This document shows, one piece after another, positions 59,478 through 64,000 of a stretch of 64,000 nucleotides of DNA (position 1 is its first letter; the number at the start of each line of letters is the position of its first letter). The notes beneath the pieces are model-generated. The model did not search any database. It was given only the letters and a program-made list of their open reading frames with translations, and had not been told where the DNA came from. The stretch lies in sequence record OZ335960.1. One strand, given 5' to 3'. A program made the translations under genes and the position numbers. This DNA is from a phage.

Positions 59478-59935
59478 TCAGCCTTATATTCAATAACAGG
59501 ACATACTTTAGCTTTACGCGCTTTTAAAAATTCGACGATAATAGATTTCTTAGGTTGAATAGGAGGTAAACCTTTATACGCCCTATCAATATTTTCTACA
59601 TGTAAAGCATAATCCTTTTTCCATTTATAATCTTTATATTTTTCATGCAGTTGTGCAGGAATAACAAATGAACCAATAATAAGTAAAACAAGCAAAATGG
59701 CAAGTATAAATGCTGATGGAATAAGAGTCCATAGACTGCTAAAAATAATCCAACGCTGTAAACTTTCTGCGCAGATAATAGTTAGACCTGCGAGTATAGT
59801 ACATCCGAAAAAAGAAACGAAAAATGTAGGGATAACAATAGACCAAAAGTATGCACATAATGTCTTAGGTCGTTTCCATTCGTCGTTAAACATTTTGAAT
59901 AATTTATAATGCCAAGAGTTTTCATTAATAATCAT
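59474..59935 (-). CDS. multi-pass membrane protein, 153 aa
   Basis: Two long hydrophobic blocks; stop overlaps NTase ATG (ATGA). Confidence 0.5.
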   Translation of the reverse strand: MIINENSWHYKLFKMFNDEWKRPKTLCAYFWSIVIPTFFVSFFGCTILAGLTIICAESLQRWIIFSSLWTLIPSAFILAILLVLLIIGSFVIPAQLHEKYKDYKWKKDYALHVENIDRAYKGLPPIQPKKSIIVEFLKARKAKVCPVIEYKAE

Positions 59936-59937
59936 AA

Positions 59938-60459
59938 TTATCCTTTCATTGAAGGTGTAACAGTTGTTAAATACTTAATCATAGCTTCAGCTTCTGATTT
60001 TGATAATGAAATTTCTCCATTGTTTTGACGAATAGAAATAAAATCCGGATGACGGTCACCACCAGCTTTTAAAATACACATATAAGTATCAGTTTCATCT
60101 TCAATATCTGAAATGATTGAAGCAGTTCCGCATGAATGCGGTTTTTGATAAATCAATGCAGCTTTTCTTCCGCCGTTTGACTGTTCATAAACTTTTAACA
60201 CATCAAACAAATCGCTTCTTTTATCAATAGCTAAGATGTTGTTTTCATCTTCAATGTTAAATCCTTCGGATACTTCATAAAGTGTCACCCATAAATCGCC
60301 AATATCAATGACAGCATTCACCTTTCCATGATTTTCAAGAGCATTACAAATTTTCTTAATTTCATCATAACTCATTTTAATAATATCATCTCCTTGAATA
60401 AAGAAGATGTCATTTTTAAATTCAACGCGAATTAAACCACTTCCACTTGAAATAAACAT
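59938..60459 (-). CDS. hypothetical protein, 173 aa (paralog A)
   Basis: C-terminal SKSEAEAMIKYLTTVTPSM shared with next ORF. Confidence 0.5.
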   Translation of the reverse strand: MFISSGSGLIRVEFKNDIFFIQGDDIIKMSYDEIKKICNALENHGKVNAVIDIGDLWVTLYEVSEGFNIEDENNILAIDKRSDLFDVLKVYEQSNGGRKAALIYQKPHSCGTASIISDIEDETDTYMCILKAGGDRHPDFISIRQNNGEISLSKSEAEAMIKYLTTVTPSMKG

Positions 60460-60465
60460 ATTTCC

Positions 60466-60957
60466 TCACTTTGAAATCATAGTTGGAATGACAGAATCAA
60501 GATAAGTCTTTAGCGCAATAGCTTCGTCTTTTGTAAATGTGACAATATGCGATCGAAAATCATCAATTTGACGAATAGTTAAGACGTCTCCATCTTCATA
60601 ACATTTTGATACGTTTAAAACAGTTTCATCATTCTGATTGCAAGCGTTAGTAATAATAGCATTGCAATTTTTAAACCATTTTAAACTATGTTTTCTTTCA
60701 TTAGAATAATAAAAATATTTAATCTTATCTATAAAACTGTCCCAATGGATAACTGATAAACACATTGACTCACTTTTAATATTAAATCCTGGGCATGAAG
60801 AATAAAAATGAATTTTGTGCTCATCATTGATGCTTACTATTTTATCAGTATAAGGATATTCAATTTGGGTTAAATGAATGATTTCACTAGGCGTAAAATA
60901 CAGCATATCGTCTTCTTGCGTCAAACGATACATGTTATTTACTTTTTCTATAGCCAA
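60466..60957 (-). CDS. hypothetical protein, 163 aa (paralog B)
   Basis: C-terminal TKDEAIALKTYLDSVIPTM. Confidence 0.5.
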   Translation of the reverse strand: MAIEKVNNMYRLTQEDDMLYFTPSEIIHLTQIEYPYTDKIVSINDEHKIHFYSSCPGFNIKSESMCLSVIHWDSFIDKIKYFYYSNERKHSLKWFKNCNAIITNACNQNDETVLNVSKCYEDGDVLTIRQIDDFRSHIVTFTKDEAIALKTYLDSVIPTMISK

Positions 60958-60999
60958 TTCACCAAAAAGGGACTAACTTCTAATACTAATCGTTTCATA

Positions 61000-61278
61000 T
61001 TAATCCTTTTTACTAACATGAATTTGTTCTAAAATTTTAGAGTATTCCTTTGTATCAGATTTACGCACAATCGATACGCTATAAGGCATACTATCAGTGT
61101 CTTTTATAAAGCGTTCCAAATGACACTCTAACAAAATTTCTGGATTATAAATCGTGTACATCAAATTACCTGTTGCTCCACGATATTGGCAGATTTCTAC
61201 TGATTGAGCATCATTCCACAATTTTGTTAAGACTAAATCACCTACTTCTAATTTCGGAAAGCTCACATTATTCACCAA
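61000..61278 (-). CDS. hypothetical protein, 92 aa
   Basis: Six-frame ORF. Confidence 0.45.
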   Translation of the reverse strand: MVNNVSFPKLEVGDLVLTKLWNDAQSVEICQYRGATGNLMYTIYNPEILLECHLERFIKDTDSMPYSVSIVRKSDTKEYSKILEQIHVSKKD

Positions 61279-61453
61279 TTAAAGTTTCAATATAAGAATC
61301 AAGATTTACTTTAGCTTCTTCCATAAGAGTTTTGTATTTAATCTTGTTAGCATATCCAGAGAAAGCTGATTCATCAATAACTGTTGATGTATGAACAGCT
61401 TTACTATACATCTCAATTAATTCTCTTAATTTAAAAGCCTGCTCACTTGTCAT
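61268..61453 (-). CDS. small helical protein, 61 aa (small paralog family member)
   Basis: MTSEQAFKLRELIEMYSKAV... Confidence 0.45.
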   Translation of the reverse strand: MTSEQAFKLRELIEMYSKAVHTSTVIDESAFSGYANKIKYKTLMEEAKVNLDSYIETLIGE

Positions 61454-61583
61454 TACATACTCCTTTGAATAATATCAATAATGTTGTTCACCAAATTATA
61501 CGTAAACATTGGGTAATTATATTGAATCATCACATACACAACAAACAAAACTTTCATTCTCTTCTCCTTGGCAGTTGACAAGA

Positions 61584-61617
61584 TTACTATACCATAACCT
61601 TGCCAACTTGTAAACCA
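61584..61617 (-). promoter_or_regulatory. early promoter
   Basis: Minus strand GTTTACAagttggcaaggttatggTATAGT. Confidence 0.45.
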
Positions 61618-61791
61618 TTAAATGACGTTTTCAATAAAATTCTGAAGCTTTGTGTGAGCATCAACCATGATTTTCATTTCTTCCTTTGCGAAAGCTGTAC
61701 CTCTTTCACGAGAAGAATACTCATAGTCAGAAACTGCATTAGCATATTCTTCAATTAGCTTCATTAAAAACATCTGCTTTTCAGTTTTCAT
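61618..61791 (-). CDS. small helical protein, 57 aa (small paralog family member)
   Basis: Hand translation MKTEKQMFLMKLIEEYANAV...; below track cutoff. Confidence 0.4.
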   Translation of the reverse strand: MKTEKQMFLMKLIEEYANAVSDYEYSSRERGTAFAKEEMKIMVDAHTKLQNFIENVI

Positions 61792-61975
61792 TATTCCACC
61801 TAATCATTTCAAGATATTGAACTAACTTAGCTTTAGATTTATCCAAATCTTTTTTAGCTGCTGCTATACCTTCGTATGAATATCCTTCACAATGCTCAAC
61901 TGCCAATTGGTATGAATCTGTTTCAACATCACGTGCTAATTTAATGATTTTTTCAAACTGTTCACGTGTTAGCAT
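61781..61975 (-). CDS. small helical protein, 64 aa (small paralog family member)
   Basis: MLTREQFEKIIKLARDV... Confidence 0.45.
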   Translation of the reverse strand: MLTREQFEKIIKLARDVETDSYQLAVEHCEGYSYEGIAAAKKDLDKSKAKLVQYLEMIRWNNEN

Positions 61976-61977
61976 AC

Positions 61978-62181
61978 TTAAACTCTCGTATTATGATCAA
62001 TAATTTCATCAAGAAACATATCTAAAGCTTCTACAGCATTATCAACTTTAGCTTCAAGTTCTTCAGCACCTTTATTTGCAATGCCTGACGAAAACCAAGC
62101 AAAGTCACTAAGTTCCTCATCTGCTTTGCGAATTAAAGCTACCAATTCTTTAATTTTATCTGCTTGTTCAATGCTAATCAT
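61978..62181 (-). CDS. small helical protein, 67 aa (small paralog family member; start could be 62217)
   Basis: [20 protein letters not shown]...; ATG overlaps upstream stop. Confidence 0.45.
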   Translation of the reverse strand: MISIEQADKIKELVALIRKADEELSDFAWFSSGIANKGAEELEAKVDNAVEALDMFLDEIIDHNTRV

Positions 62182-62369
62182 TATTCCACCACATATGAAA
62201 GAGAGAATATTGCACACGCCATATGAGTTGCAGCTTCATCACACATATTATAACGTTTCTTAAGAAGTTCTACAAGTTCTTCACTAGTAACTTCATCCAT
62301 GTTGACGAAAAAATCACCATTAATGATGACGTAGATATTTCCTTCTTGATTAAGTGCTTCAATTTTCAT
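62181..62369 (-). CDS. hypothetical protein, 62 aa
   Basis: ATG at 62369 with SD GAGGAG; downstream of early promoter. Confidence 0.45.
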   Translation of the reverse strand: MKIEALNQEGNIYVIINGDFFVNMDEVTSEELVELLKKRYNMCDEAATHMACAIFSLSYVVE

Positions 62370-62395
62370 GATGTTCTCCTCTTTATCCGATGGTT

Positions 62396-62431
62396 GTATA
62401 GTATCACAGCTCAAATGGAAAGTAAACCGGT
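62396..62431 (-). promoter_or_regulatory. early promoter (-35 GTTTAC, -10 TACTAT)
   Basis: Minus strand GTTTACtttccatttgagctgtgaTACTAT. Confidence 0.5.
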
Positions 62432-62435
62432 AAAA

Positions 62436-62460
62436 TGAAAAAAGTCTCCCGAAGGAGACT
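62436..62460 (-). terminator. UUCG-loop terminator
   Basis: GUCUCCUUCGGGAGAC plus U-run. Confidence 0.6.
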
Positions 62461-62464
62461 AATG

Positions 62465-62851
62465 TTATTCGAGGGAAAGAAGATATTTGCTCTGGTAAAA
62501 CATCCCAGTAATATCATCTATCGTGCTTTGAATGGCCGGAGGCATTTCTTTATAAATGCTGTTAGATTGGTCTAGTATGCGATCAATCATTTTAATTGTG
62601 TCGGTAGGAAGTTTACTGGCATCTGGAATAGAAGGCGTGTATTTTCTACCAGAATACCCCAAATATTGCTCACCAAATTTATCAATCAAATCTGGCAACT
62701 CAGAGAAAATAAAATCGTATGCTTTGTGTCTAGCATAACTTTTAGTTTCAAAATGTGCAGAATGAAAATAAGCTTGTGCAGCCATTAATAAACCTAAGTA
62801 TTCATCTGCCTTTGAAGGTTTTCCACTTTGTGAAAAGTCGCTGAATTTCAT
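62465..62851 (-). CDS. hypothetical protein, 128 aa
   Basis: Six-frame ORF. Confidence 0.5.
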   Translation of the reverse strand: MKFSDFSQSGKPSKADEYLGLLMAAQAYFHSAHFETKSYARHKAYDFIFSELPDLIDKFGEQYLGYSGRKYTPSIPDASKLPTDTIKMIDRILDQSNSIYKEMPPAIQSTIDDITGMFYQSKYLLSLE

Positions 62852-63141
62852 TCAGTCTCCAATTTAATGTTCATAATTCTAGCGTATGATTGTGCCATCT
62901 CCGCGCCTCGCTCTATACATTCGAAATCGGAAGAGCACGGGTCATTTTTATAGGTCGTTCGCATAAAACTATAGAACTGTTCAGATGATTCTACGCTTTT
63001 ATTTTCAAAAAGCATATAAACGTGTCTAATACCAGATTCCATAAATTTATCAAAATGAGGATCGACATTCGCTTCAATCGGTGGAGATAAAGCAAATGCT
63101 AATCCTAGCATGGCAAATAGTGCCGTTGCTTTTAAGGCCAT
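62848..63141 (-). CDS. secreted/periplasmic protein, 97 aa
   Basis: N-terminal signal peptide MALKATALFAMLGLAFALSPP; cysteine pair CSSDFEC. Confidence 0.5.
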   Translation of the reverse strand: MALKATALFAMLGLAFALSPPIEANVDPHFDKFMESGIRHVYMLFENKSVESSEQFYSFMRTTYKNDPCSSDFECIERGAEMAQSYARIMNIKLETE

Positions 63142-63153
63142 AAAGGCCTCCTA

Positions 63154-63366
63154 TCATTTTTGTCCTGTATTTACTTTATGCCGATGCACGGCCTTAACTT
63201 TATCAAGGTATTTTTCAAAATTTCGCAATCTAGTATAGTCTGCCGGAGATTGGTTGAGTGATACTTCTCGACGCAAAGCTGAAATGATATTTCCAACTTC
63301 CCTACGAATTTCATCTAATTGAAGAACAGTAAGATTGCGAAGTTGCTTTTCAGTTAATTGTAGCAT
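63154..63366 (-). CDS. hypothetical protein, 70 aa
   Basis: Six-frame ORF; TATAAATA late-promoter-like motif 26 nt upstream. Confidence 0.5.
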
Positions 63367-63391
63367 ATATACCCCTTTAGTTAGATAAACC

Positions 63392-63399
63392 TATTTATA
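63392..63399 (-). promoter_or_regulatory. late-promoter-like TATAAATA box
   Basis: Exact TATAAATA on minus strand between tk stop and next ATG. Confidence 0.35.
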
Positions 63400-63408
63400 A
63401 CTTTTGCA

Positions 63409-63990
63409 CTAACCGAGCTTTTTAGTTAATTCATTCCAGTGTTTTCTACACAAAGAAACATAAATTTCATCACCAATACAGATTTGATTACCTTCTTTAA
63501 CTGGTGTTCCATCTTCCATTAATCGAGCTGTCATAATCGCTTTTTTACCACAATGACAAACTGCTTTTAGTTCAATAAGTTTATCTGCAATCGCCAAAAG
63601 TTCTTTAGAACCTTCAAATAATTTTCCAGCGAAATCAGTCCTTAGACCATAAGCCATAACAGGAACATTATATGTATCAACAATTCGGCTTAATTGATGC
63701 ACCTGTTCAGTTTTTAAAAACTGGGCTTCATCTACAAATACACAATGAATATCTTTTTGTGCTTCTGCCCATTTATAGAACTCAAAAATATCCATATCAT
63801 CCGTAATAATATTCGCTTCCTGTTTAATTCCAATGCGAGAAACGACTTCACAGACAGAATCGCGAGTATCAATAGCAGGCTTAAGAACTAATACGCCCAT
63901 TCCGCGTTCTTTATAATTATGCGCAGCAGTCAAAAGAGAAGCAGATTTTCCAGCATTCATTGCTGCATAAGTAAAAATTAAACTCGCCAT
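63409..63990 (-). CDS. tk: thymidine kinase
   Basis: 193 aa as T4 Tk; P-loop MNAGKS; C-terminal zinc cysteines. Confidence 0.9.
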   Translation of the reverse strand: MASLIFTYAAMNAGKSASLLTAAHNYKERGMGVLVLKPAIDTRDSVCEVVSRIGIKQEANIITDDMDIFEFYKWAEAQKDIHCVFVDEAQFLKTEQVHQLSRIVDTYNVPVMAYGLRTDFAGKLFEGSKELLAIADKLIELKAVCHCGKKAIMTARLMEDGTPVKEGNQICIGDEIYVSLCRKHWNELTKKLG

Positions 63991-64000
63991 CTTAGTCCTT

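Noticed and set aside
1400-62431. Possible CRISPR array suggested by repeated ~45-bp elements
   Set aside because: Copies are kilobases apart, each sits just upstream of a gene start with -35/-10 spacing, and there are no regular spacers
1-64000. tRNA or other structured RNA genes
   Set aside because: No cloverleaf-like GC-rich segments; the only stable stems are short UUCG hairpins at gene ends

Overview
This window is a gene-dense, almost entirely minus-strand segment of a T-even (T4-like) myophage genome, covering the early/middle host-takeover and DNA replication region. All assignments rest on my own reading of the translated ORFs (lengths, motifs, T4 gene order); no database search was run. 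Recognised gene string (right to left is the direction of transcription): motA, 52, ac, stp, ndd, denB, rIIB, rIIA, 39, dexA, dda, srd, modA, modB, soc, 56, 61, sp, dmd, 41, 40, uvsX, a glucosyltransferase, 42, imm, 43, regA, 62, 44, 45, rpbA, 46, 47, a-gt, 55, nrdH, nrdG, nrdD, 49, pin, nrdC, then about 12 kb of uncharacterised ORFs ending at tk. It differs from reference T4 as I recall it: topoisomerase gene 39 is one fused 605-aa ORF (no gene 60, no bypass, no mobA), a ~280-aa ORF occupies the b-gt position (T2/T6-type ba-gt), no dam/gene 69 lies between 56 and 61, and nrdD is intron-less. Regulation is readable directly: a ~45-bp early-promoter repeat family, MotA-box middle promoters, and UUCG-loop hairpin terminators on the transcribed strand. 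No tRNA, rRNA or CRISPR was seen. The most interesting unexplained content is in the nrdC-tk accessory region: a Pol-beta-fold nucleotidyltransferase operon with a membrane protein and two paralogs, a separately promoted AAA+ ATPase, four tandem coiled-coil paralogs and four tandem small helical paralogs. Elsewhere there is a GIY-YIG endonuclease-like gene between 47 and a-gt, and a plus-strand small membrane ORF where dam would be. ORF-track start codons include GTG/TTG, so several starts were re-set to the ATG with a Shine-Dalgarno or promoter-consistent position.
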